Origin: an uncultured Collinsella sp.
GTDB taxonomy: Bacteria > Actinomycetota > Coriobacteriia > Coriobacteriales > Coriobacteriaceae
DNA: 64,000 nt
Reading direction: 5' to 3'
Assembly (NCBI GenBank): GCA_900540855.1
Contig: UQHK01000007.1
Location: forward strand, 20,302 to 84,301
In this document: piece by piece, positions 21,135-30,551 of the stretch
Layout of the letters: every line of letters begins with the position of its first letter
Numbering within the stretch: the stretch's first letter is position 1
Position numbers and translations under genes: made by a program
The notes under the pieces: model-generated
The model's input: the letters and a program-made list of their open reading frames with translations, nothing else
What the model was told of the DNA's origin: nothing
Databases searched by the model: none

Positions 21135-21839
21135 CTAGCGCTCGTCTACGAACTTGGCGACGAGGGCCTTAAGCTCGGCCACCTCTCGCTCGAGTTCCTT
21201 GACGCGGCGGGCGTTTTCGGTGATGCCCTGGCGGTTGAGGGCGCTTTGCTCGGCGGCATCGTCAGGCATGTATTCGCGGTGCTGCTTGGCGTCAAAGTTT
21301 TCCTCGAACACGCGGCAGCCGTTGCGTTTGATAATGCGCCCGGGCACGCCCACGACGGTGCAGTTGTCGGGCACGTCCTTGACGACGACCGAGTTGCCGC
21401 CGATCTTGACGTTGTTGCCGATGCGAATGTTGCCGAGCACCTTGGCACCCGTGCCCACGGTGACGTTGTTGCCCAGGGTGGGGTGGCGCTTGCCGGTCTC
21501 GTTGCCGGTGCCGCCGAGTGTGACGCCCTGATAGAGCACGCAGTTGTCGCCCACAATGGCGGTTTCGCCGATGACAACGCCCATGGCGTGGTCGATAAAG
21601 AAATGCTTGCCGATCTGTGCGGCAGGGTGAATTTCGACGCCAGTGATATGGCGGGTGATTTGCGAGAGCACGCGGGCGAGCGAGCGATGGCCGTGCTCCC
21701 AGAGCCAGTGCTCGGGCACATGGTTCCACTTGGCGTGTAGGCCGGGATAGGAGAGGAAGATGACCAGGCCGTTTTGCGCAGCGGGATCCTGTGCCTGGAC
21801 GGTCTTGATGTCCTCGCGAATGGTATTGATAAAGCTCAC
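21135..21839 (-). CDS. cysE: serine O-acetyltransferase
   Basis: Left-handed beta-helix hexapeptide repeats ([25 protein letters not shown]). GTG start at 21839 preceded by the RBS aagggaggg. The longer upstream ATG has no RBS. Confidence 0.8.
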   Translation of the reverse strand: MSFINTIREDIKTVQAQDPAAQNGLVIFLSYPGLHAKWNHVPEHWLWEHGHRSLARVLSQITRHITGVEIHPAAQIGKHFFIDHAMGVVIGETAIVGDNCVLYQGVTLGGTGNETGKRHPTLGNNVTVGTGAKVLGNIRIGNNVKIGGNSVVVKDVPDNCTVVGVPGRIIKRNGCRVFEENFDAKQHREYMPDDAAEQSALNRQGITENARRVKELEREVAELKALVAKFVDER

Positions 21840-22062
21840 CGGCCGCCCTCCCTTAGCGCCGCGACAATGCAATTCAATAAAGTATAGCGATTCGCTAGGG
21901 ATTAGGAAGAACAATCTTGGCAGCTTTGCACGACAGGTGTCAGTTATGCAAACTTGCTGGTAATGGAGTCATGCTTTTGTGGGGTTGCGCACGAGGGGGC
22001 ACCGCAACCGTATACTGGTCAACTTGGACGTATCCGCGCCCACAACTGAGAGGTTTTACTTC

Positions 22063-22701
22063 ATGGGTTTCATTAATTTTATCGCCGAGCTGCTTAAGGA
22101 TCCGCGCACCGCGATCGCCAGCTGGATCGCCGCCGGCCCGCTTATGGCCTACGGCTGCGTGTTCCTGATCATCTTTATCGAGACGGGCGTGGTGTTCTTC
22201 CCGTTCCTTCCCGGCGATTCGCTGCTGTTTGCCTCGGGCTTCTTTGCCCACAACGGCGGCTTTAACATCGTGGCGCTTCTGGCAACCGCATGGGCCGCAG
22301 CCATCCTGGGCGATCAGTGCAACTTTATGATCGGCCATTTCTTTGGCAAAAAGATCATCGCTTCGGGCAAGGTCAAGGCCATGACGCCCGAGCGCATTAA
22401 AAAGTCCGAGGACTTCTTGGACAAGTGGGGTCACCTGGCCATCTTCCTGGGTCGCTTCTTCCCGTTTATCCGCACCTTTGTGCCCTTCATTGCCGGCATG
22501 GGCGGCATGCACTGGCGCAACTTCGTTATCTTTAACGTGCTGGGCGGCATTACCTGGTCGACGGTCTTTACGCTGCTGGGCTACTTCTTTGGCGGCATTC
22601 CCTTTGTGCAGGAGCACTTTGAGCTGCTGATTATCGGCATTGTCGCCGTGTCGATCATCCCGACCGTGGTCGGCATCGTCAAGGCTAAGCTGGGCAAATA
22701 G
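22063..22701 (+). CDS. DedA-family membrane protein
   Basis: FPFLPGDSLLFASGFF SNARE-associated motif. 212 aa. Confidence 0.85.
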   Translation: MGFINFIAELLKDPRTAIASWIAAGPLMAYGCVFLIIFIETGVVFFPFLPGDSLLFASGFFAHNGGFNIVALLATAWAAAILGDQCNFMIGHFFGKKIIASGKVKAMTPERIKKSEDFLDKWGHLAIFLGRFFPFIRTFVPFIAGMGGMHWRNFVIFNVLGGITWSTVFTLLGYFFGGIPFVQEHFELLIIGIVAVSIIPTVVGIVKAKLGK

Positions 22702-22740
22702 AACGCGTAGATCGAGCCAGCGCGCAAACCGTGCCGTTGA

Positions 22741-22775
22741 GGCCCGTCACCGCTTACGGTGGCGGGCCTCTTTAG
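22741..22775 (+). terminator. stem-loop terminator after dedA
   Basis: ggcccgtcaccg-ctta-cggtggcgggcc followed by tcttt. Confidence 0.5.
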
Positions 22776-22999
22776 TTTCGGTCAAATGAAAATACTTTAG
22801 TTAGTTAAAGAAAAACGTTTTATCCAACGCATGCGGGGAGTACAATCTCGTGCATGCGAATCGACGTGCCATCGGCTTTGATGCTGTTCGCGTGTCCCGT
22901 CCGGCTCTACGCTCCGGGCGTGTGACGTTGCGACGCGGTCGGCCTCGGTCCTTGCGTGCGGGTTCGCGAGTATGCAACTGTGTATGTAAGGAGCGACAT

Positions 23000-24052
23000 A
23001 TGACTGTCGAGAAGAAGGATATCGATTGGGGTAGCCTCGGCTTTGGCTACATGAAGACCGATTACAGCTACGAGGCCCATTGGAAGGACGGCGAGTGGGA
23101 CGAGGGCGGCCTGACCACCGACCACACCCTGCATGTCTCCGAGTGCGGTGGCATCTTCCATTACTGCCAGGAGGTCTTTGAGGGCCTGAAGGCCTATACC
23201 GCCGAGGACGGCAGCATCGTCTGCTTCCGTCCCGACATGAACGCCGAGCGTATGTATAACTCTGCCCAGCGCCTCGAGATGCCCCCGTTCCCCAAGGACA
23301 AGTTTGTTGAGGCCGTCAAGCAGGTCGTTTCTGCCAACGCCGCCTGGGTTCCGCCCTTCGGCTCCGGTGCAACCCTGTACGTGCGTCCGTTTATGATCGG
23401 CTCTGGTGACGTGATCGGCGTGGCTCCCGCTCCTGAGTACACGTTCCGCATTCTCGTGACCCCGGTCGGTCCGTACTTTAAGGGTGGCCTCAAGCCCGTC
23501 AAGCTGCGCGTTTCCGAGTACGACCGCGCCGCACCGCACGGCACCGGCAACATCAAGGCCGGCCTGAACTACGCCATGTCCCTCAAGCCCACGATGGAGG
23601 CCCATCGCGAGGGCTATGCCGAGAACCTGTATCTCGACTCTGAGTCCCGCACCTATGTCGAGGAGACCGGCGGCGCGAACGTTCTGTTCGTGAAGGAGGA
23701 CGGCACCCTCGTCGTTCCTCAGTCGCACACCGACTCCATCCTGCCCTCCATCACCCGTCGCTCGCTCGTTCAGGTTGCCGAGGATTTGGGCATGACCGTC
23801 GACCAGCGTCCCGTCGAGTGGGCTGAGGTCAAGGCCGGTACCTTTGTCGAGTGCGGCCTGTGCGGCACCGCTGCCGTCATCTCCCCGGTTGGCGAGATTG
23901 ACAACAAGGTCTACGGCGCCGACGAGACCGTGACCTTCCCGGCTGGCTACACCGAGATCGGCCCCGTTATGAAGAAGCTCCGCGAGACCCTGACGGGCAT
24001 CCAGTCTGGTGCTGTTGAGGATAAGCACAACTGGGTTTACACCGTCGCGTAA
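23000..24052 (+). CDS. ilvE: branched-chain amino acid aminotransferase
   Basis: 350 aa with PLP fold-type IV features. RBS aaggag upstream of ATG 23000. Confidence 0.9.
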   Translation: MTVEKKDIDWGSLGFGYMKTDYSYEAHWKDGEWDEGGLTTDHTLHVSECGGIFHYCQEVFEGLKAYTAEDGSIVCFRPDMNAERMYNSAQRLEMPPFPKDKFVEAVKQVVSANAAWVPPFGSGATLYVRPFMIGSGDVIGVAPAPEYTFRILVTPVGPYFKGGLKPVKLRVSEYDRAAPHGTGNIKAGLNYAMSLKPTMEAHREGYAENLYLDSESRTYVEETGGANVLFVKEDGTLVVPQSHTDSILPSITRRSLVQVAEDLGMTVDQRPVEWAEVKAGTFVECGLCGTAAVISPVGEIDNKVYGADETVTFPAGYTEIGPVMKKLRETLTGIQSGAVEDKHNWVYTVA

Positions 24053-24076
24053 GCTGTCTTAGCTGTCCGGCCCGAG

Positions 24077-24197
24077 GGCGGCCTTCCTTTCCGGCGCGTC
24101 CTCGGACATGAAAGAACCTCCGCTGCGCACTTCGTGCGGCGGAGGTTCTTTCGTCCTGCGGAGTGCGCCGGAAAGGAAGGCCGCGCTTTTGTTTTGG
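24077..24197 (+). terminator. long nested hairpin (about 110 nt) plus T-run after ilvE
   Basis: Outer stem ggcggccttcctttccggcgc / gcgccggaaaggaaggccgcgc. Inner stem gaaagaacctccgctgcgcac-ttcg-gtgcggcggaggttctttc. Followed by cttttgttttgg. Confidence 0.65.
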
Positions 24198-24444
24198 TTC
24201 GCGCCATGTGGGGGTGGTGGCGACGTGCATTTTTGCGAGTATTCTGCAATCGAAGGCCCCTGCATACCGACCTCGGGCAAAAATCGGGATTTCTCGATGT
24301 TTTCTACGAATGATGGGCGGGGTTATGGGCTGGCAGCGTTTGATTTGCAGGGATATTCACGCTCTTTGGCATTTATCGCGGTGCCCGAAGCTCTTGGTTA
24401 TGTTGAATACTCCTAAAAATGCACGGCGCTTAGAGGGGGACCTT

Positions 24445-24493
24445 CGCGAAAAAGGAAACCGCCCCGTCGAAGTATGCGTTCGACGGGGCGGTT
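24445..24493 (-). terminator. rho-independent terminator of the lemA gene
   Basis: aaaccgccccgtcgaa-gtatgcg-ttcgacggggcggttt, with a T-run on the minus strand. Confidence 0.6.
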
Positions 24494-24530
24494 TATACAT
24501 TTGGCCGATTAAGGATGCGCTGCCAAACTA

Positions 24531-25082
24531 CTAGAACTTGACGGTCGGGGCCTGGCGGGCGGCTTCGGCGGCCTCGAAGCCCTGGCGCTCCTTAAACTGG
24601 AAGATGCCGGCAAAGATGACAGCCGGGAACGTCTGAATGGCGTTGTTGTAGCTGAGCACGCAATCGTTGTAGCTCTGGCGTGCATAGCTAATCTTGTTCT
24701 CGGTATCCTCGAGCGATGCCTGCAGCTGCGTAAAGTTGGTGTTTGCCTTCAGATCGGGGTAGGCCTCGGCCACGGCGAAGAGCTGGCGCAGCGCACCGGT
24801 CAGCACGTTGTCGGCTTCCATCTTGGCCTCGGGCGTGGTGGCCTTGACGGCGGTGTTACGCGCGCTGATCACGGCGGAGAGCGTCTCTTGCTCGTGCTTG
24901 GCGTAGCCCTTGACGGTCTCGACCAGGTTGGGGATCAGGTCGTTGCGGCGCTGCAGCTGCGTATCGATGTTCTGCCAGGCGTTATCGATGCGGTTACGCT
25001 TGGTGACCATGTTGTTGTAGATGCCGGCGATGGCGCAGACAATCACAATGACAACAACGATGCCGATGATGACGGTAATCAT
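24531..25082 (-). CDS. LemA-family protein
   Basis: N-terminal TM helix plus the LemA domain. 183 aa. Confidence 0.85.
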   Translation of the reverse strand: MITVIIGIVVVIVIVCAIAGIYNNMVTKRNRIDNAWQNIDTQLQRRNDLIPNLVETVKGYAKHEQETLSAVISARNTAVKATTPEAKMEADNVLTGALRQLFAVAEAYPDLKANTNFTQLQASLEDTENKISYARQSYNDCVLSYNNAIQTFPAVIFAGIFQFKERQGFEAAEAARQAPTVKF

Positions 25083-25281
25083 GATGTCTCCGTTTCGAAT
25101 GGCCGCGGCGGCATGCGCCAGCTGCCGTTGGTATAACGCTACTAGTATACCCGCAACGTTTTGCCGTGCCGAACTTTCCGGTAAGCGTTATGTTTTCGGC
25201 GGGGTCGGCACCGGGGTAAAACGCGCGAGGTACAGGTGTAAGATATGCGACAGATTGACGAGTGTTGTCTTTGCCTTGAGG

Positions 25282-25878
25282 ATGGCGATACCAGTGGACC
25301 TTCGCATTAAGAAAACCTACCGTGCCCTGTTCGATGCTTTCACCGAGCTTCTCGAGGAGCATCGTTTTGAGGACCTGACGGTTGCCATGCTGTGCGACCG
25401 CGCCATGATTCGCCGCACGACGTTCTACAAGCACTTTCGCGACAAGAACGATTACTTTGCCTTTTATATCGATGAGCTCATGTCCGGCTTGCCGCAAAAA
25501 CAGCCCGATGAGGCCGGCACAGTGTCTGCCGAGGACGTGCGCGCGCTTCGGCACGCGATTTTGGACGATGCCATGGACCTGATTCTGGCCCATGAGCAGC
25601 TCATGGATAACATTTTGGCAAGCAGCATGTCGGGCATGTTGACCAACGTTATTTGCGACCGCATTGCCCGCTCTATCCGCGAGCGTGTGATGAACGTGCT
25701 TGCCGAGGATGCCCTGGCTCCCGTGTCGCTCGAGACGACGTCTGAGTTTGTCGCCGGCGGTATTATTCGACTTTTCACGATATGGTGGGAATCGGGCCAC
25801 GATCTTGAGCGTCGACCCGAGATGGCCGACGTGGTCGATGCGCTGTTTGAGCGGACCATGACACCGGTGCATCACTAA
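25282..25878 (+). CDS. TetR/AcrR-family transcriptional regulator
   Basis: IKKTYRALFDAFTELLEEHRFEDLTVAMLCDRAMIRRTTFYKHF matches a TetR HTH. 198 aa. Confidence 0.8.
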   Translation: MAIPVDLRIKKTYRALFDAFTELLEEHRFEDLTVAMLCDRAMIRRTTFYKHFRDKNDYFAFYIDELMSGLPQKQPDEAGTVSAEDVRALRHAILDDAMDLILAHEQLMDNILASSMSGMLTNVICDRIARSIRERVMNVLAEDALAPVSLETTSEFVAGGIIRLFTIWWESGHDLERRPEMADVVDALFERTMTPVHH

Positions 25879-25881
25879 AAG

Positions 25882-25971
25882 TGGCGGAGAGAGGGGGATT
25901 CGAACCCCCGGAACGCTCTCGCGCTCAACGGTTTTCAAGACCGCCGCATTCAACCGCTCTGCCATCTCTCC
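25882..25971 (-). tRNA. tRNA-Ser (anticodon TGA)
   Basis: Minus strand reads GGAGAGATGGCAGAGCGGTTGAATGCGGCGGTCTTGAAAACCGTTGAGCGCGAGAGCGTTCCGGGGGTTCGAATCCCCCTCTCTCCGCCA. Long variable arm, CT-TGA-AA anticodon loop, GTTCGAATC T-loop, CCA encoded. Confidence 0.85.
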
Positions 25972-26022
25972 GTGAGTCGTAATGATAGCATCGTTTTGAA
26001 TTTGCAACAGGGAAGGCGAACG

Positions 26023-27804
26023 ATGACGATCACCGAAATCGACGAGAAGTTCATGCGCGAGGCGCTGGCGGAGGCTCGCGCCGCCGCGGCGGTGGGCGAG
26101 GTACCGATTGGTGCCGTGGTGGTGCGCGCGGGCGAGATTGTCGCGCGGGCGCATAATCGTCGCGAGCTCGACCAGGACCCTTCGGCGCATGCAGAGTTCG
26201 CGGCCCTGTGCGCCGCTGCCCACGCGCTTGGCCGCTGGCGCCTTTCCGATTGCACGGTCTACGTGACGCTTGAACCCTGCTGCATGTGTGCGGGGCTTAT
26301 GGTCAACGCGCGCGTGGGGCGCTGCGTGTATGGCGCGAGCGACGCCAAGGCGGGCGCGTTGGGATCCCTATACGATTTGAATGCCGACTCGCGCCTGAAC
26401 CATCGGTTTAATGTGACCGCCGGCGTGCTGGCAGACGAGTGTCGTGAGGTGTTGAGCAGCTATTTTAGTGGGCTGCGTGGCACCGATGGTGCTGGCTGCG
26501 GTTGCGGGGCCGATCTTGAGGCGCATGCCGCTCATGCCGAGGCGCTCGCGTGTGCCGAAGATATCGCCGTTGAGGCGCTCAACTTTGGTCCTGTGTGCCG
26601 CCGGCCCCGCCGTGTGCTGTTGGCGATTGATTCCTTTAAGGGCAGCGTTTCGAGCGCGCAGGCGGAGGCGGCCGTTGCCGAAGGCGTACGACGCGTTTGG
26701 CCCGATGCCGAGGTGCGCACATTGCCGCTGGCAGATGGTGGTGAGGGAACGCTCGATGCCGTTGCCGCCTGCGGTGGCGAGCTTGTGACCTGCGAGGTTG
26801 CAGGGCCCTTTGGCGAGCATGTGCCTGCCCGGATGCTGGTTGATGTCGAGCACGAGTCGGCTGTTATTGAGATGGCCGAAGCCGCGGGCATCGGGTACTC
26901 GCCTTGCACGGAGTCGTCGGCGCTTGCGGCTTCGACCTATGGCGTGGGCGAGCTGATGCTCCGTGCGGTTCGTGCCGGGGCAAAGACTATCTATATTGGC
27001 TTGGGCGGCAGCGCCACCAACGATGGTGGCGCCGGTATGCTGCAGGCGCTGGGCGCGCGCCTTGTCGATGAGTGTGGCTGCAATATCGCCCCCGGTCTTG
27101 TGGGCCTTGAGCAGGTGGCGAGCGTTGATTTGGCGCCAGCGCTGCAGGCTTTGGGCGGCGCACGCATCGTCGTGCTTTCCGATGTCGAGAATCCGCTCGT
27201 GGGGCGTCGCGGGGCACTTGCGGTGTTTGGCGGGCAAAAGGGCCTGCCGACAGACGATGTCGAAGCGCTGGGCGGGTACGACGGCTGGATGGTCGGTTAC
27301 GGTCGCCTACTCGATACGGCGATTGCCGAGGCGCGGGCCCAGGGGTTACTGCGCGTGCCCGAGGGCGCGCGGACGTTTGGCTCGGTGCTCGGCGTGCCCG
27401 GCGCCGGTGCCGCTGGCGGTCTGGGCGCCGCGTTGCTGGCGCTTGGTGCCGAGTTGCGTTCGGGCGTTGAGACGGTGCTTGATCTGATTGGGTTTGACGA
27501 GCACGTGCGCGATGTCGACCTGGTCATAACGGGCGAGGGCAACATGGATGAGCAGTCTGCCGCCGGCAAGGCGCCGGTGGGCGTGGCCCGCCGTGCCAAG
27601 CGCTATGGCAAGCCGGTTGTTGCCGTCGTAGGTGGTCGTGCCGACAACCTGGATGCGGTGTATGGGCAGGGCATCGACTTGGTGCTTCTGATCTGCCGCA
27701 AGCCCATGCCCCTCGACCAGGCGCTCGGCGTGCAAGAGGCAACAACCAACCTCATCTGCGCCGGTGAAGCAGCCGCCCAAGCCTACGACCTCGGCCGTGT
27801 CTAA
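26023..27804 (+). CDS. fusion protein: tRNA adenosine(34) deaminase TadA (N-terminal, about 150 aa) fused in frame to glycerate kinase (C-terminal, about 390 aa)
   Basis: N-terminal HAE...PCCMCAG zinc-deaminase motifs. A linker of about 45 aa, then the glycerate kinase start LLAIDSFKGSVSS and the GEGNMDEQS region. One uninterrupted 594-codon frame with no RBS before the internal GTG at 26614. Confidence 0.75.
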   Translation: MTITEIDEKFMREALAEARAAAAVGEVPIGAVVVRAGEIVARAHNRRELDQDPSAHAEFAALCAAAHALGRWRLSDCTVYVTLEPCCMCAGLMVNARVGRCVYGASDAKAGALGSLYDLNADSRLNHRFNVTAGVLADECREVLSSYFSGLRGTDGAGCGCGADLEAHAAHAEALACAEDIAVEALNFGPVCRRPRRVLLAIDSFKGSVSSAQAEAAVAEGVRRVWPDAEVRTLPLADGGEGTLDAVAACGGELVTCEVAGPFGEHVPARMLVDVEHESAVIEMAEAAGIGYSPCTESSALAASTYGVGELMLRAVRAGAKTIYIGLGGSATNDGGAGMLQALGARLVDECGCNIAPGLVGLEQVASVDLAPALQALGGARIVVLSDVENPLVGRRGALAVFGGQKGLPTDDVEALGGYDGWMVGYGRLLDTAIAEARAQGLLRVPEGARTFGSVLGVPGAGAAGGLGAALLALGAELRSGVETVLDLIGFDEHVRDVDLVITGEGNMDEQSAAGKAPVGVARRAKRYGKPVVAVVGGRADNLDAVYGQGIDLVLLICRKPMPLDQALGVQEATTNLICAGEAAAQAYDLGRV

Positions 27805-27820
27805 AACCTATCTCTCTATA

Positions 27821-27889
27821 AGTTGCGGTGAAATACGGAGTGTTTTTGCCTTTTAGGGGGCCAATTCAGTCCGTATTCCACCGCAACTT
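27821..27889 (+). repeat. repeat family B copy 1: palindromic element agttgcggtgaaatacgg-N32-ccgtattccaccgcaactt
   Basis: 17-bp terminal inverted repeats. Second copy at 42042-42099; arm fragment at 4027-4060. Confidence 0.75.
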
Positions 27890-27940
27890 CGTGAATGGTC
27901 ATCCGAGGCTGGCCGCCTTGTGCCTTGGGTCGGACCGTCC

Positions 27941-28100
27941 GCCACAAAATGCGGCCATCTACTACGTTTAACCGGCCGCCCTCGACCATCTCGGAATTTG
28001 CAAAAATGAAACCGCAGGTAGAGAGCTTGCCGGTTTTCGAAAAAGCCGGCTATGGTTGACCCCTGCGGCCTAAACGTAGTAGATAGGCCACTTTCGTGGC
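27941..28100 (+). mobile_element. MITE-like 160-bp element, copy 1 (terminal inverted repeats gccacgaaag.ggcctatctactacgttt)
   Basis: Aligns over its full length at about 75% identity, in inverse orientation, with 53386-53545. No coding capacity. Confidence 0.6.
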
Positions 28101-28166
28101 ACAGCGTCAGACCAGTCTTTTTGGAACGGGGCGATTTTGACTACTTGCCGATCCGATTGCCCGAGT

Positions 28167-28198
28167 AGTCAAAAAAGCCTCGTCCCAAATTAGCTACC
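28167..28198 (+). repeat. repeat family C copy 2
   Basis: agtcaaaaaagcctcgtcccaaattagctacc. Confidence 0.7.
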
Positions 28199-28232
28199 TT
28201 GCCCCATCGGGCGGGAGCGGGTAAGATATATC

Positions 28233-28356
28233 GAGCGCCTAGCGCGTTCGATGGGTTCGGATGACGACATGTTCCGAATCTGGTCAGGTCCGGAAGGAAG
28301 CAGCCATAAGGAGCCTCTGTCGGGCATCCGAATCTATCGAGCGCGCTAGGCGCTTT
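28233..28356 (+). ncRNA. ffs: signal recognition particle RNA (small 4.5S type)
   Basis: Contains the conserved GGTCAGGTCCGGAAGGAAGCAGCC domain IV motif. Closing stem agcgcctagcgc / gcgctaggcgct, followed by ttttt. Confidence 0.7.
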
Positions 28357-28367
28357 TTGGTGCCGCG

Positions 28368-28471
28368 GCTACCCGCGAGTGCCGGCAGGGCGCTTGGTGT
28401 CTCGCTGGTCCTCGGCTTCGCCTGCGGGATTGCTCGACTACCAAGCGCCCTGCCGGCACTCGCGGGTAGCC
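28368..28471. repeat. long perfect inverted repeat (32-bp arms, 40-nt spacer) immediately downstream of ffs
   Basis: ggctacccgcgagtgccggcagggcgcttggt ... accaagcgccctgccggcactcgcgggtagcc. Confidence 0.8.
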
Positions 28472-28670
28472 GACCAAAACTGCCTGAAGGGTCACATTTA
28501 TCTGATAATTGAATCCCTGGTGTTTATGTCGCTCGCTGGCTGCGCCAAAACTGTGACGTTTTTTACCACCGCTCAAGACTCTTCTGTAACGAGTTGCTTA
28601 CGCATCTTCAGGGTTCGCCGTACTATCATGAATCAGATTGAAGAGAGATGATGATAGGGAGCGCCTTTTT

Positions 28671-30551
28671 ATGATTGAGCTGCTCAGGCGTTTTGGTGGT
28701 AAGTTTCGCCGGTATATGGTGATTGGCCCTGCGTGCAAGCTGATCGAAGTGATCTTTGACCTGCTTACGCCGCTGGTGATTGCCCAGATGATCGATAAGG
28801 GCATCGGCGCACACGATGTCAACGCCGTCGTCCACTACGGCGTGGTGCTCGCCGCCATGGCTGTGATTGGCATCTCGTTTACGCTCGTCTGCCAAAAGAT
28901 GGCGGCGCTCACCTCGCAGGGCATGGGCACCGATATCCGTGGTGCGCTCTACGAGCGCATTAATAAGCTGAGCTATGCTGAGCTCGATCGCTTTGGCACG
29001 CCGTCGCTCATCACGCGCATCACCAACGACGTCAACCAGGTGCAGCTCGCCGTGGCGCTGGGCGTGCGTATGCTCATCCGCTGGCCTTTCCTGGCGGTGG
29101 GCTCCATGGTCGCGGCCCTCGCTATCGACCTTAAGCTCGGCATGATTTTTTTGATTTGCACGCCCGCCATCGGCCTGGTGTTTTGGTTTGTCATGGCGCG
29201 CTGCATCCCGTACTACAAGCAGCTGCAGGCAAAGCTCGATCGCATCGCACTCATCTGTCGCGAGGGGCTTTCGGGCGCCCGCGTGGTCCGAGCCTTTGTG
29301 CGCGAGGATCACGAGCGCGAGCGTTTTGCCCAGGCAGCCGATGACCAGGCGCATACCGCCATCGCGGTGGGCAAGCTCTCGTCGATTCTTAATCCCGTCA
29401 CGTTTTTGGTGATGAACCTGGGCGTGTGCGCCATCCTGTGGGTGGGCGGCGTCCAGGTCAACGTGGGCGAGCTCACGCAGGGCCAGGTCATGGCGTTCGT
29501 CAACTACATGACGCAGACCCTGACCTCCATCGTGTATGTCGCCAACCTGGTCGTGGTCTTTACCAAGGCGAGCGCCAGCGCGTCGCGTCTCAACGAGGTG
29601 CTCAATTGCGAGCCGAGCATTACCGACGAGGGCAACCAGCCGGTTGCGCTGCCCGAGCCGAGCGCGATGGGCAACGCTGTTCCGGTTCCCGCGCTGAGCT
29701 TCGGCCATGCGAGCTTCTCCTTTGGCGCGGGCGCCGCCAACGCCGTCAATGACGTGACCCTGGAGCTGCCGCTGGGTAAAACGCTCGGCATTATCGGCGG
29801 CACGGGCAGCGGTAAGTCGACGCTCGTCTCGCTCATCCCGCGCCTGTACGACACGGGCGCCGGCAGCGTGAGCGTAATGGGTGCCGACGTGCGCGCCTGG
29901 CCGCTCGATCAGCTGCGCCATGTGGTCGCGACCGTACCGCAGCGCGCGTCGCTCGTGAGCGGCACGATCCGCAGCAACCTAACCTGGCGCGACGAGTCGG
30001 CAACCGATGAGGAGCTGTGGGCGGCGCTCGATATGGCGCAGGCCAGCGAGTTCGTGCGCAACAAGCCGCAGAGGCTCGACGCCCCGGTCGAGGCGGGCGG
30101 CAAGAACTTTAGCGGTGGCCAGCGCCAGCGCCTGACCATCGCACGTGCCCTGGTGGGCTCTCCGCAGGTCCTGATCATGGATGACTCCGCCTCGGCGCTC
30201 GACTTTAAGACCGATGCGGCGCTTCGCCACGCCATCCGCGTGCGCAGCGTGCGCGGTGCCGCCGAGGGCGGGCTGCCACTCACGACCGTCATCGTGAGCC
30301 AGCGCGTTTCGACCGTGCGCGATGCCGACATGATCTGCGTGCTCGACCACGGCTCGGTCGCGGGCCTGGGCGCGCACGACGAGCTCTACGCAAGCTGCCA
30401 ACTCTATCGCGAGATTTGCCAGTCGCAGCTTCGTCGCGAGGAGCTCGAGGGCCGGCAGGGGAGCGCAGCGCCCGCACTCGCCCCAAGCCCCGTGCCCGCC
30501 CCAGGCGCCGCGTGCGCCTCGGCATCCGCTTGCGCAAAGGAGGGCTGCTAA
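28671..30551 (+). CDS. ABC transporter permease/ATP-binding protein (heterodimer subunit A)
   Basis: TM domain plus NBD (GGTGSGKST, FSGGQRQRL, VLIMDDSASALD). Low-complexity Ala/Pro/Ser C-terminal tail. Confidence 0.9.
   Translation: MIELLRRFGGKFRRYMVIGPACKLIEVIFDLLTPLVIAQMIDKGIGAHDVNAVVHYGVVLAAMAVIGISFTLVCQKMAALTSQGMGTDIRGALYERINKLSYAELDRFGTPSLITRITNDVNQVQLAVALGVRMLIRWPFLAVGSMVAALAIDLKLGMIFLICTPAIGLVFWFVMARCIPYYKQLQAKLDRIALICREGLSGARVVRAFVREDHERERFAQAADDQAHTAIAVGKLSSILNPVTFLVMNLGVCAILWVGGVQVNVGELTQGQVMAFVNYMTQTLTSIVYVANLVVVFTKASASASRLNEVLNCEPSITDEGNQPVALPEPSAMGNAVPVPALSFGHASFSFGAGAANAVNDVTLELPLGKTLGIIGGTGSGKSTLVSLIPRLYDTGAGSVSVMGADVRAWPLDQLRHVVATVPQRASLVSGTIRSNLTWRDESATDEELWAALDMAQASEFVRNKPQRLDAPVEAGGKNFSGGQRQRLTIARALVGSPQVLIMDDSASALDFKTDAALRHAIRVRSVRGAAEGGLPLTTVIVSQRVSTVRDADMICVLDHGSVAGLGAHDELYASCQLYREICQSQLRREELEGRQGSAAPALAPSPVPAPGAACASASACAKEGC

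Noticed and set aside
24108-24416. 102-aa ORF downstream of ilvE
   Set aside because: It spans the large ilvE terminator hairpin, so its sequence mirrors the palindrome. There is no RBS.
26590-26620. Separate glycerate kinase gene initiating at GTG 26614
   Set aside because: There is no Shine-Dalgarno sequence upstream (gccggccccgccgt), and the reading frame is continuous from TadA. A fusion is the simpler reading, though internal initiation cannot be excluded.
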